A stretch of DNA of 64,000 nt from Bacilli bacterium. Lineage in GTDB: Bacteria; Bacillota_I; Bacilli_A; RFN20; CAG-826. The DNA lies in NCBI GenBank assembly GCA_024408235.1, contig JAKSVF010000001.1, positions 29,417 through 93,416 of the forward strand. The letters are read 5' to 3'. Made by a program: the position numbers and the translations under genes. Within the stretch, counting starts at the first letter, position 1; each line of letters opens with the position of its first letter. The notes under the pieces were generated by a model. The model was not told the DNA's origin. It worked only from the letters and a program-made list of their open reading frames with translations, and made no database searches. This document shows positions 8,589 to 18,139 of the stretch, in pieces.

Positions 8589-10982
8589 ATGGTAGATAAC
8601 AAATATTTAGAAAAACTAAAAAATGCAGTCGTGATTGCTCCTCGTGAACTTCACGACTCTTTCTTGCGCATCAAGAACGTGCATCCGGATTATGATTTCA
8701 AAGTTATGGACATCGAGGCCTTTGTCTCTATGTTCACATATCAATATGATGATAGGGCAGTTCAAGATCTCTTAGAAAGAGAGTATCCATATAGACGTGC
8801 GCTTGAGATGTTGAAGCTTATGTCATCCAAGACTTGTGGCACTCTTTTGGACGAAGAAGAAAAGCAAATCTGTCATCAGTTGAAGACCGATTACTATTTA
8901 TACCCCGTCGCATACCCTGAAAGAACTTTCTTGAACAAGACAGTTGTGATTGCTGGATATCATTATGACGAATTCATTAAGACATATCTTAAAGATATAA
9001 AAATTGAAGAAGTCATTAGAATCGATGAGGAACCTATCAGCAATCCTAGCCGCGATTATTATTCCTTTTCTGATATCTATGAAGAGGTTCATTATCTTTT
9101 CAATGCGATTGCTGAGGACATAGAAAAAGGCACTGATATAAATAATATTTATATTCTCGGTGCCGATGAGAACTATGACATGCTTTTCGACGAATTCGGA
9201 AGACATTATGGCTTTGAAGTGGAAGGCCCAAATCCTTGTGATCTATCTCACTCCAAAACTTTCTGCCGCTATATAGTCATGAAGACCGAAGGAGTTGGAG
9301 AAGACATTTTTGACAAACTCGTTGAAGAAGGTTATCCGATTGAAGATATCGAAGCTCTCGAAAAAATAGTTCTAAGATATACAGGCGTAATGGGAAGCCC
9401 TGATTACGATTTGAAGACGATTGTCGACATCTGCAAGACAAAATCCTCCCATAAGGTCCATAAGGATAATGTAGTTAGACGATTAACGTCGTTTGTGGCT
9501 CCTGAGGGCGCGCACGTCTATATCGTTAACTTCTCCATGGGTGCATTCCCTAAAGTGTCTGAAGAAGGCTCTTATCTAACAGACGAGAAATGCGAAGTTC
9601 TTGGATTCTTAACAAGCAAAGATAAAAATGAGGAATCGAAGAAAGAACTTTATGATTTACTCGTTTCCAATAAAGTTAAATACATCTCATTCAAGAAGAC
9701 GGCGTTCGGTTCGGAATTCTTTGAGTCATCATTTGTAGGAAACCTCGAGATGAAGGAGATTAAATCCCCTGTCTCTAAATATGAGTATTCAGACGATAGA
9801 GGCGCTTGGTTCCTCTCAATGATGAAGGATCAGTATCGCAATTATTTGATTGTGGATAAGAGATTAAGAGAATGGGAAAAGGCGGTAGAAGTGCCTGATT
9901 ACTGCTCTTATGATTACTCTTTTAAAGGGTTTGACATCGACTCCAAGTATCTAAAGAGAGATTATTCGCCAACTAGCGTAAAGAAATATAATTCTTGCCC
10001 ATTCTCGTATTACGTCAACAAGGTCTTGGGCATCAATAGCTTCCGCAGTAACTTTACCGCTCGAGCGGGTGAGATATATCACACATTCCTCTCTGATTAT
10101 TACAACGATAGATTCTTTGATGAAAACCTCTCTTGGGAGAAGGCGGTTTCTATCACGGAAGGAGATGAGCAGTTCTCTAATAAAGAATTGTTATTCTTAG
10201 ACATTATTCATGAATACGCGATTAAGGCTCTAGAATTCCACAAAACTCATGAAGCTGAGATTAAGAATCCGACAATCTCCACTGAATCATCATTTAGACA
10301 GAGACTTGAAAAGAATAGAGACGTACAAATAAACGGCCGCTATGACAAGATCATGGAATTTGGTGAAGACCAGCAATATTACTGTGTCATTGACATCAAA
10401 ACAGGCGGGGAGAGATTCGACCAATCCAAATTATATTTCGGTTTGTCCATTCAATTGCCATTCTACGCCTACTTTGCAAAGCATGACGACAGGTTGAAAG
10501 ACAAGAAGCTTGCCGGTCTATTCATATCACCGGTATTAAGTGTGGACTATAAGAGCGATGGTAAGAAAACATATCAGGAAATCATCGACTCATCATTCAA
10601 ACTCGATGGCGTATTCCTTTCCGAAAAGGATGCATTGCTATCACTTGATCCATATTATGGTGGCTCAACATATATCAAAGGCTGCAAAACTAACAAAGAC
10701 GGTAATTTCTCTGAAAAATCAAAGGGAGAATTTGGTCGCGTTAAAAATGCTGATCAGTTAAACGCATTAGCGGATAGAGCTGAAGAAGTTGTTCTAGACG
10801 TCGATAAGAACGTTATGGAAGGCAACTTCGACATTTCTCCAATTCAGATTGGAAATGAGGCCTCTGCATGTGAGAATTGCGACCTTAGAGCAATTTGTTT
10901 TAGAAATATTAAAGACATAAGACGTTTGGCAAAACCAAAAGGTCTAGAAGATGAGGAGGAAGAAAATGGCGTGGACAGATAA
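8589..10982 (+). CDS. addB: AddB/RexB-type helicase-nuclease subunit B (short form, 797 aa)
   Basis: The C-terminal PD-(D/E)XK nuclease motif is CVIDIKTG. Four Cys (YNSCPFSYY ... CENCDLRAIC) match the AddB Fe-S cluster arrangement. The gene sits directly upstream of and overlaps addA. No Walker A motif is visible at the N-terminus. Confidence 0.7.
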   Translation: MVDNKYLEKLKNAVVIAPRELHDSFLRIKNVHPDYDFKVMDIEAFVSMFTYQYDDRAVQDLLEREYPYRRALEMLKLMSSKTCGTLLDEEEKQICHQLKTDYYLYPVAYPERTFLNKTVVIAGYHYDEFIKTYLKDIKIEEVIRIDEEPISNPSRDYYSFSDIYEEVHYLFNAIAEDIEKGTDINNIYILGADENYDMLFDEFGRHYGFEVEGPNPCDLSHSKTFCRYIVMKTEGVGEDIFDKLVEEGYPIEDIEALEKIVLRYTGVMGSPDYDLKTIVDICKTKSSHKVHKDNVVRRLTSFVAPEGAHVYIVNFSMGAFPKVSEEGSYLTDEKCEVLGFLTSKDKNEESKKELYDLLVSNKVKYISFKKTAFGSEFFESSFVGNLEMKEIKSPVSKYEYSDDRGAWFLSMMKDQYRNYLIVDKRLREWEKAVEVPDYCSYDYSFKGFDIDSKYLKRDYSPTSVKKYNSCPFSYYVNKVLGINSFRSNFTARAGEIYHTFLSDYYNDRFFDENLSWEKAVSITEGDEQFSNKELLFLDIIHEYAIKALEFHKTHEAEIKNPTISTESSFRQRLEKNRDVQINGRYDKIMEFGEDQQYYCVIDIKTGGERFDQSKLYFGLSIQLPFYAYFAKHDDRLKDKKLAGLFISPVLSVDYKSDGKKTYQEIIDSSFKLDGVFLSEKDALLSLDPYYGGSTYIKGCKTNKDGNFSEKSKGEFGRVKNADQLNALADRAEEVVLDVDKNVMEGNFDISPIQIGNEASACENCDLRAICFRNIKDIRRLAKPKGLEDEEEENGVDR

Positions 10983-13900
10983 TCAAAAACTAGCTATCGA
11001 TTCCCGTGAGGGCAACTTCCTCGTATCAGCTGGAGCGGGTTCCGGTAAGACTGCTGTTTTGACACAGAGAATTACGGATATCATCGCCAATAAACAGGCT
11101 GAGATTTCTGAGTTCTTAGTTTTAACCTTCTCAAACAAAGCCGCTCATGAAATGAAAACAAGAATCCGCAAATCATTGAAGAAAAACGGAATGATTGAGG
11201 CATCTGAACAAGTAGAACTGGCAGATATCACAACTTTTGACGCTTTTGCTCGAAAGGTTGTTATTAAATACGCAGATTTCCTTGGCGTTGATCCTAACTT
11301 CAATGTCATCGATGATACTTATCTAGAATCATTTAAGCGAGACCGCATTGAAGAACTTATTGAAATGTTTATTGCAAGCGATCCTAAGTTCAGAGAAATG
11401 ATGAAACATTTCTGCATAAAGGATGATAGACACGTAATCGAACTGATTTCCAAGATTCAGAAGTTTGCCGATAAGTTCTCCAATAGAGGGAAGGTCTATC
11501 AGATGCTCGCTAGAAATGTGGTAGACAAAGAATTTGTTGATGTGTGCATCGACGTTCTTTATGAGGACATCAATGCTCATGTGCATGAGGCAATTGATCT
11601 TACAGACCATTACCAGGATGAGAATCTCGCTGATATCGATAGAACGTTGATTGAATGCTTTGCCGATCTAGGCTCATATGATGCCTTCTTTGAAAAAGCC
11701 AAGCTTTCGAAGAGCAACAAAGAACTTCAATTCAAGAGGCTTTCCAAGACATTCACCACAGACGAGATGACGAAGAGCGTGCGCAAGAACACAAAGGATT
11801 TGCTCAATGGCTATATTGACCTTGTTCTTTCGTATGGTGACTCAACGAATCAAAGGGCGAGACTTGCAGAGACTCTTGAAGACATTGCTCCATTGATTAG
11901 ATTGTCTATAGAATTGGACACTATTCTTGAAGCGTATAAGATTGCTACATCATCATGGACGTTCTCTGATATTTTCTCTATGGCCTGTAGAGCCGTCGCT
12001 AACGAAAACATAAGACAAGAGATTCGTTCAAAATATAAATTCATCATGCTGGATGAATACCAAGACACAAACCAGCTTCAAGAAGATTTCATCGGTGCAA
12101 TTGCGAATAACAACACGTTTGCGGTGGGAGACATAAAGCAGTCCATCTATCGTTTCAGAAACGCAGAACCATCAATTTTCTCCGGTAAGTTCAATAGATA
12201 CGGAAGAAATGAAGGCGGAACTCTCATCAAACTTCAAGACAATTTCCGTTCTAGAAAAGAGGTTGTAGACGACATCAACAACATATTTGGAGCATGTATG
12301 TCAAACGAACTTGGTTCGGTAGATTATTCTGACGGACACTGTTTCAACTGGGGCAACAAAGCCCTATATAGCGCGACATGTAGTGATGAGCACAATCTCG
12401 ATTGGATTATCTATGAAGACACAAATAAAAATTCACGATTAACCGATCCGGAAAGAGAAGCGATGGTCATCGCTAATGACATCATTTCAAAAATCGAGAG
12501 CCATTACCAAGTGCTTGGTGGTGACGGGAAGATGAGGGATTGCACCCCATCAGATTTCGCGATTCTCATTTCTCGAAAGTCAAATTTCTCAGCATTCAAG
12601 CGAGTGTTTGCCGAAGCCAAGATTCCTTTAGCGGTTTCTGAGGATGCAGACCTTTCAAGCGACAACGTTTCCATGACTTTTGTCTCGCTGCTAAGACTCT
12701 TCAATTCTATCAACGGAACTGATAAGTATGACTCTGATATTGAGAAATTCTCATATGTTTCATTAATGAGAAGTTACCTATTCTCAAAGCCTGACAAGGA
12801 AATCTTCGAATCTATAAAATCCGGTGCATATAAAGTCTCGGAATTATTTGCAAAGGTCCTTGAAAACAGGGATCGTTTATACACGATGTCCGTTAAGGAT
12901 GCGACCATTGAAATTCTTCATATGTTCCCGTTTGTCGATAATCTTAAAAAGATTGGAGACGTTAAGGCGAATTATGAGAAGTTGAAATCAATAGTAAACG
13001 TTGCTGCAAGCATCGATTCGGTTGGAGCATCTTTCCCTGAGTTCGTTAAATACTTCGACGATCTTGAAGAATATGGCCTTCAGATGAAAGTGAAATCTTC
13101 TGGAGAAGCAGGCGGTGGAGTGCAGCTTATGTCCGTCCATGCCTCAAAAGGTCTTGAGTTCCCGATTATCTATTGTCCTGATTTGGCAAGAAAGGCCAAT
13201 AAAGATGACTCTAAGGGCATGTTCGCTTTAAGCGATCACTATGGACTTGCATTGCCAAAGGCCAAGTCTGATGAATACCCAAAGAACATGCTTCATTACC
13301 TCATCTCCGAGGAAGACGGAGCTGAAGCGAACAATGAATTCTTGAGACTTTTCTATGTCGACTTAACTCGTGCAAAAGAGAAGATTATCTTGGTATCCAA
13401 GAAACATAAAGATTTCATTTATGAAAGAATCAATAGCTGGCAGATCTTAAAGGTAACCACGAAAGTTAATGAAAAAGGGGAAACCGTTTATAATTCTTCG
13501 CTCCAAAATTGCGATTCTTTTGAGAAGTATCTAGCTTTAGCAGATCAACCTCTCAGAAAGATTGAAGTAGAAGTTAAACAGCCTCAAGAACTTAAAATTG
13601 GCGAGGTAGAAGTCAGAGATGTACCTGCCCCTGAATTCCGTTCAATAAAGGTTGAAGCGGTCGTTAAAGAACGCAAAAAAGCGTCAAAAACATCTGTTGA
13701 GCCTGTGGATGAAGGCGCACTTGCCTATGGCACCCGCCTTCACCGTCTATTAGAAGTGGTTGATTTCAAGACAAAAGACACATCATTCATCTTTAGCGAG
13801 AAGGAGAGAGCGACAATTGATAGAGTTCTTGCGCTTCCTGTATTTGACGATATTGCTAATGCTAAGGTATATCACGAATATGAGTTCTATGATGAAGATG

Positions 13901-14103
13901 AGAACATCCATGGATCAATTGACTTATTGCTAGTCTTTGATGATTATGCCTATATCATCGATTATAAGACGAAACATATCGATGACCCCGCTTACGAAAA
14001 ACAACTTTCCATATATCAGTCATTTGTAGAGAGAAAGTTCGGCTTACGCACACGCGCTGGATTACTTTCTATTATCGGAGCGGAGTTTAAAAGCGTATTA
14101 TAG
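10966..14103 (+). CDS. addA: AddA/PcrA-UvrD-type ATP-dependent helicase-nuclease subunit A
   Basis: Shows Walker A AGAGSGKT, DEYQDT, GDIKQSIYRFRNA and SVHASKGLEF. The C-terminal RecB-type nuclease motif is GSIDLLLV...YIIDYKT. I prefer the ATG at 10966 (MAWTDNQ) because AGGAGGA lies about 7 nt upstream. The tracked ORF begins at 10951. Confidence 0.9.
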   Translation: MAWTDNQKLAIDSREGNFLVSAGAGSGKTAVLTQRITDIIANKQAEISEFLVLTFSNKAAHEMKTRIRKSLKKNGMIEASEQVELADITTFDAFARKVVIKYADFLGVDPNFNVIDDTYLESFKRDRIEELIEMFIASDPKFREMMKHFCIKDDRHVIELISKIQKFADKFSNRGKVYQMLARNVVDKEFVDVCIDVLYEDINAHVHEAIDLTDHYQDENLADIDRTLIECFADLGSYDAFFEKAKLSKSNKELQFKRLSKTFTTDEMTKSVRKNTKDLLNGYIDLVLSYGDSTNQRARLAETLEDIAPLIRLSIELDTILEAYKIATSSWTFSDIFSMACRAVANENIRQEIRSKYKFIMLDEYQDTNQLQEDFIGAIANNNTFAVGDIKQSIYRFRNAEPSIFSGKFNRYGRNEGGTLIKLQDNFRSRKEVVDDINNIFGACMSNELGSVDYSDGHCFNWGNKALYSATCSDEHNLDWIIYEDTNKNSRLTDPEREAMVIANDIISKIESHYQVLGGDGKMRDCTPSDFAILISRKSNFSAFKRVFAEAKIPLAVSEDADLSSDNVSMTFVSLLRLFNSINGTDKYDSDIEKFSYVSLMRSYLFSKPDKEIFESIKSGAYKVSELFAKVLENRDRLYTMSVKDATIEILHMFPFVDNLKKIGDVKANYEKLKSIVNVAASIDSVGASFPEFVKYFDDLEEYGLQMKVKSSGEAGGGVQLMSVHASKGLEFPIIYCPDLARKANKDDSKGMFALSDHYGLALPKAKSDEYPKNMLHYLISEEDGAEANNEFLRLFYVDLTRAKEKIILVSKKHKDFIYERINSWQILKVTTKVNEKGETVYNSSLQNCDSFEKYLALADQPLRKIEVEVKQPQELKIGEVEVRDVPAPEFRSIKVEAVVKERKKASKTSVEPVDEGALAYGTRLHRLLEVVDFKTKDTSFIFSEKERATIDRVLALPVFDDIANAKVYHEYEFYDEDENIHGSIDLLLVFDDYAYIIDYKTKHIDDPAYEKQLSIYQSFVERKFGLRTRAGLLSIIGAEFKSVL

Positions 14104-14110
14104 ATAAACG

Positions 14111-15274
14111 ATGGAACAGATTAGCGAACAAGAAAGACAATTATTCTTCAAGACTTTGGATTACCTCAAAGTCAACCCTCGTGTTGATAGGGAAATTTTC
14201 CTTTCGCTTTATTTGAATGCAAAAGAAGCTGCTGATTCTTTGAAAGAAGAGAATGAAATATTCTCAAGAATGCAGATCAACCCTATTGAAATCATTCTTT
14301 ATTTGGTAAACGAATACACTTTTTATCTCGCATCCCATAACAAGGTTTCGCAGCAAGATATCGCAAGCAACGAAGATCTTCAGGATTATATCGTCGCTAT
14401 TGCAGTTGATAAGTATTACACGAATGAACACATGGCATTTAAATCAACCGTTCTTTCGAATAAATACTTGCCTGAGATATCTACAGTCACCTTATATTTG
14501 AACTTCGTCCTAGGTATCTTGTCGAGATACAAAATGAACGATCCAACTCAAACGTTGCTCGTAGATATTCTTCATAAGGGATTCTCTCAAGCTAAGTGTG
14601 TCGTTGAACTCGTTAATAACGGATATGAAACAGAAGCATTCTCCGCGTGGAGAACACTTCATGAAATTGAATGCATATTCGCTTTATTGATAAAACACGG
14701 CGAACCAGTAATCAAAGCCTATCTTGACCATATGCAATACGCTAGAGCGTTTAGACATATGATTCCTGATAAGGAAGCGACTGATGCGGTCTTCGTTAGA
14801 ATCAAAGAGGGAATGAGATCTCATGACCTTAAGAGCAAGGATATGAAGCGCTTTATTGAATATGGATGGTTATTCGCCATTCCAGACATCGATAAGGTGG
14901 TGGATTTCAAACTCAATTTCAGAGATGGAGTTGAGCGTTGTGCCGGGTTGCGCGATAAGGCTGAGATATATGAGATGTCATCAGAGATCGCTCATTCTTC
15001 ACCATTGCTAATCTACTCTGATAATAGAAAGTCATACTATTACCTCATCACTATAATGAATCTCTATGAGTCATTCTTCAGATTAGAAAAGTACTTCGCT
15101 TCATTCTATCTATCAAAACTTCCTGAAGAGGAAAAGAAGAAATATTTCGAGATGAGAAACAAATACCTTGGCCAGCTTCAAGTATGCTATGACCTTGAGA
15201 GATTTAGATTTGCTTCAATAACAGGACAGATAAAACAGCCTGAGGGCAATTCGATTGAAGGACAAAAAGAATGA
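14111..15274 (+). CDS. hypothetical helical protein, third gene of the addBA transcription unit
   Basis: This is a 387-aa ORF starting 7 nt after the addA stop on the same strand. A strong terminator follows. It has no TM segment, no signal peptide and no catalytic motif I recognise. Confidence 0.6.
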   Translation: MEQISEQERQLFFKTLDYLKVNPRVDREIFLSLYLNAKEAADSLKEENEIFSRMQINPIEIILYLVNEYTFYLASHNKVSQQDIASNEDLQDYIVAIAVDKYYTNEHMAFKSTVLSNKYLPEISTVTLYLNFVLGILSRYKMNDPTQTLLVDILHKGFSQAKCVVELVNNGYETEAFSAWRTLHEIECIFALLIKHGEPVIKAYLDHMQYARAFRHMIPDKEATDAVFVRIKEGMRSHDLKSKDMKRFIEYGWLFAIPDIDKVVDFKLNFRDGVERCAGLRDKAEIYEMSSEIAHSSPLLIYSDNRKSYYYLITIMNLYESFFRLEKYFASFYLSKLPEEEKKKYFEMRNKYLGQLQVCYDLERFRFASITGQIKQPEGNSIEGQKE

Positions 15275-15300
15275 AACCGACCAGCGAATGGTCGGTTTTT
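15275..15300. terminator. bidirectional rho-independent terminator
   Basis: The stem AACCGACC/GGTCGGTT (8 bp) has the loop AGCGAAT and is followed by TTTTT. An A-run on the other side lets it also serve the convergent minus-strand gene ending at 15302. Confidence 0.85.
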
Positions 15301-15301
15301 C

Positions 15302-16948
15302 TTAGTCAGCGTAGCAGCTTCCACCGATGAATTCTCTCATGAGTGAGTTTGAAGGGACCCATGAATCATCCATGTCTCTAAAGAATTTGAGCATGTGGAG
15401 AAGTCTTTCGGCTATAAGGAAATATGGTGAATCTTTCTCTATTTTTTGTAGTAGAGGTACCGCATATTTTTTCAGTACAGGTAGCTCGTACGCCAAATAT
15501 GAGTTATAAACGTAGTCGCATCCTTCTTGTGTTGGGTAAATCCATTTGAATTCCCCAGCGCGGACATTTGGCCACATCGACATCGTCTCCTCGGCAGGTG
15601 AATTTCTGAATTGAAAATCTCTAACCATGCGTCTTATTAAACGTAAGTCTGTGAGTGAAACTGGGTTGTGGTCATCGAGATTGACTTGGGCTTGTGGAGA
15701 GATAAAGATTTTGAATTTTTGGCTCTTAGGGATGTCTCTAGTCATTCTTTCGTTTAAGGCGTGGATACCTTCAATAACGATTGGCTCATCGTGGCCTACT
15801 CTTAGTTTCCTTCCTTCAACCCTGTGCCCGACCTTAAAATCAAATCTTGGTAATGTGACTTCTTCTCCATTGATAAGGTCGATCATATTTTGGTTGAAAA
15901 GTTCGATATCCAACGCCTCAATCGATTCTAAATCAGGTGTTCCGTCTGGGTTCTTTGGACATTCAGAAGATGGAAGATAATAGTCGTCCAATGAAATGCG
16001 TATAGGTTTTATACCTCTACAAAGTAGTTCCACTCTCAGTCTATTCGAGAAAGTCGTCTTTCCGGATGAAGAAGGGCCGGCTATACAGATGAGTCTAATA
16101 TTATTAATGTCATCCTCGATTAACTGGCCTAGTTCGGAAAGCATTCTGTTATGCCTTGCTTCACATATGTTAATGAATTCAAATGATTCGGTTCTTTCGA
16201 TTTCACTATTTATATTGGATACGGTGTCGACCCCGACAATCTTCGCCCAGTCGTGTGATTCTTTTAGAGTTCTGCCATAGGTTGGCGCGTCGTTGAAGTC
16301 AGGTATCTTTCCTCCACATTCCGGGCGAGGGTACTGGACTAAGAAACCTGGTGAGTAAAGTCTGATTTTGTATTGCTTTATATAACCCGTTGACGGAACC
16401 ATATGAGCATACATGTAATTCATGTATCCGTCACATTCGTAGAAATGAACGGTTTTCTCAGGTCTATATTGGAGGATTTCGAGTTTATCGTCGTATCCTC
16501 TTTCTCTGTATATTCTCGCTGCTTCCTGATTCGAAACGATTACTCTTTTAAGTGGTAAATCCGCTTCAACGATTCTATCGATCTCATGTTTAACTTTTAA
16601 AAGCATAGCCATGTTAGCTTGATATGGGGTGTCCTTAAGGAATATTCCGATTGTTCTAGAAACATTGAATGTGAACTTAACCTTAAGTCCCGGATAACAT
16701 CTAGCGAAGGCCATCGCAATTACGTATCTCAATGATGGCTCATACGCACTTTTAGCCTCATCATCTGCAAGAGTTAAGAATTGGATTTTTGCATCATAGA
16801 AAACCTCATATGTGAGTTCTCTTACACGGTTGTTGACCTTGGCGCAGATGAAGTGCTTGTCTTTGTTCTCTTCGGCGATCAGATCCTGAAGCATTACCTT
16901 TTTATTAAAGGTTTTTGTGATTCCATTGTAGTCTAAAGTAAATTCCAT
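15302..16948 (-). CDS. uridine kinase/phosphoribulokinase-family nucleoside kinase with long N-terminal extension (548 aa)
   Basis: The P-loop GPSSSGKTTFSNRL lies in the C-terminal half, followed by PRK/Udk-like blocks (ISLDDYY, VIEGIHALN). The N-terminal ~270 aa form an extra domain. An AAAGGAGC SD precedes the start. Confidence 0.7.
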   Translation of the reverse strand: MEFTLDYNGITKTFNKKVMLQDLIAEENKDKHFICAKVNNRVRELTYEVFYDAKIQFLTLADDEAKSAYEPSLRYVIAMAFARCYPGLKVKFTFNVSRTIGIFLKDTPYQANMAMLLKVKHEIDRIVEADLPLKRVIVSNQEAARIYRERGYDDKLEILQYRPEKTVHFYECDGYMNYMYAHMVPSTGYIKQYKIRLYSPGFLVQYPRPECGGKIPDFNDAPTYGRTLKESHDWAKIVGVDTVSNINSEIERTESFEFINICEARHNRMLSELGQLIEDDINNIRLICIAGPSSSGKTTFSNRLRVELLCRGIKPIRISLDDYYLPSSECPKNPDGTPDLESIEALDIELFNQNMIDLINGEEVTLPRFDFKVGHRVEGRKLRVGHDEPIVIEGIHALNERMTRDIPKSQKFKIFISPQAQVNLDDHNPVSLTDLRLIRRMVRDFQFRNSPAEETMSMWPNVRAGEFKWIYPTQEGCDYVYNSYLAYELPVLKKYAVPLLQKIEKDSPYFLIAERLLHMLKFFRDMDDSWVPSNSLMREFIGGSCYAD

Positions 16949-17077
16949 AATGGTGCTCCTTTCGTGTTTAAAGCGTTATATAATAACAAAACTGCAAAAC
17001 TCTGCAAGCGCTTTCATCATATTCTCCTTTTAATTTATTTATATAGTTGTCTTATACAATCTTTTGAGGTGGTGTTT

Positions 17078-17596
17078 ATGAGAAAGTTATTAGTAGTTGT
17101 AGATTATCAGGTCGATTTCGTTAACGGTTCATTAGGCTTTCCTGGAGCGGAGAATTTGGATGAAAATATATGTTCATTAATCAGAGAATTCGAATCCGAG
17201 AAACAAGATATTGTCTACACCTTAGATACGCATTCGAGTGAGTATTTGGTCACTGAAGAAGGCAAGCATCTGCCAATCGCTCACTGTGTGCCTGGAACCA
17301 GTGGTTATGAGATATATGGACATACTAAAGAACTGCTAAAAGATAAAACTTGCTTTGCAAAACCTACATTCCCATCACTTGAGCTTGGTAACTGGATCAA
17401 TGGCAAAAACTATGATGAAATTACTGTCGTTGGACTGGATCTTTCCATCTGTGTATTATCTAATGCGGTCATTGCTAAAGCTGCATGTCCAAATGCCCAC
17501 ATTATCGTTGACACATCCTGTTCATCGGGAGGCGATAAAGAGGCCAATGAAATCGCTATTAAAGCACTTAAAAGGATACAGGTTGAAATACGATAA
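17078..17596 (+). CDS. pncA: nicotinamidase / isochorismatase-family hydrolase
   Basis: The motifs are VVVDYQVDF, LDTHS...HCVPGTSGYEIY and GLDLSICVLSNA (catalytic Cys). The start follows a GAGGTGG SD. The upstream part of the tracked ORF (16964-17077) is discounted. Confidence 0.7.
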   Translation: MRKLLVVVDYQVDFVNGSLGFPGAENLDENICSLIREFESEKQDIVYTLDTHSSEYLVTEEGKHLPIAHCVPGTSGYEIYGHTKELLKDKTCFAKPTFPSLELGNWINGKNYDEITVVGLDLSICVLSNAVIAKAACPNAHIIVDTSCSSGGDKEANEIAIKALKRIQVEIR

Positions 17597-17622
17597 TCTA
17601 CTACCGATAGAGTTCTACTAAA

Positions 17623-17650
17623 TTGACTTATCTCGCGTACGCAGTAATAT
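17623..17650 (+). promoter_or_regulatory. candidate sigma70-type promoter of the atp operon
   Basis: TTGACT (17623-17628), a 16-nt spacer and TAATAT (17645-17650). Confidence 0.45.
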
Positions 17651-18139
17651 ATGCATTGTACGATTATGATGCAGTGGTATAAGAAACTTACGTCAAATAA
17701 GAAATGCCTACTTCTGTTAGGCGTTTTTGATGCGTTTGTTTTCGTTTGCTTAATCCCATTCGCCTTTTTCTCAATGGATAGCGGATATTGGCTTGGAACC
17801 CTTATGCTCGGATGGCTTTTAGGTTCAGTTGCTCAGATCATCGCTTATGTCACAATCGTTTTTACTAGCAAGATGCTTACAACGCCTAATGGCACGACCA
17901 CAACCGGTACTCTTATGGGTGCTGGTGGTTTCTTCATTAGGTACTTTTTGTATGCGGCAGTTCTTACTTTATCGGCCATCTGTACGTTTAAACCGGAATG
18001 GCTTTTAGGCTTTGATAAATTTAATGTATTTACATGCGGCGCAGCGCTCGTTGTGCTCTCATTCTTTGTCATGATTTTTAAAGTCATTGAAATGAGGGGA
18101 GAAGCTGACCCGGTTAAGAAACAGGAGGAGTCGAACTAA
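17651..18139 (+). CDS. small integral membrane protein, AtpI-like position upstream of atpB (start uncertain)
   Basis: This hydrophobic ORF has about 4 predicted TM segments and sits immediately 5' of atpB with a 1-nt overlap. The ATG at 17651 abuts the candidate -10 hexamer, so the true start may be 17666/17669 (MMQWYKK). Confidence 0.55.
   Translation: MHCTIMMQWYKKLTSNKKCLLLLGVFDAFVFVCLIPFAFFSMDSGYWLGTLMLGWLLGSVAQIIAYVTIVFTSKMLTTPNGTTTTGTLMGAGGFFIRYFLYAAVLTLSAICTFKPEWLLGFDKFNVFTCGAALVVLSFFVMIFKVIEMRGEADPVKKQEESN

Noticed and set aside
16964-17077. N-terminal extension of the pncA ORF and the similar extension of rpmB (37773-37814)
   Set aside because: Both extensions lack family support. 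The internal ATGs have good SDs (GAGGTGG, AAAGGAGTG) and match the conserved N-termini.
17623-17669. Treating ATG 17651 as a secure start of the atpI-like gene
   Set aside because: That ATG directly abuts the candidate -10 hexamer, so it would lie upstream of the transcription start if the promoter call is right. The start is left flagged as uncertain and not re-annotated.
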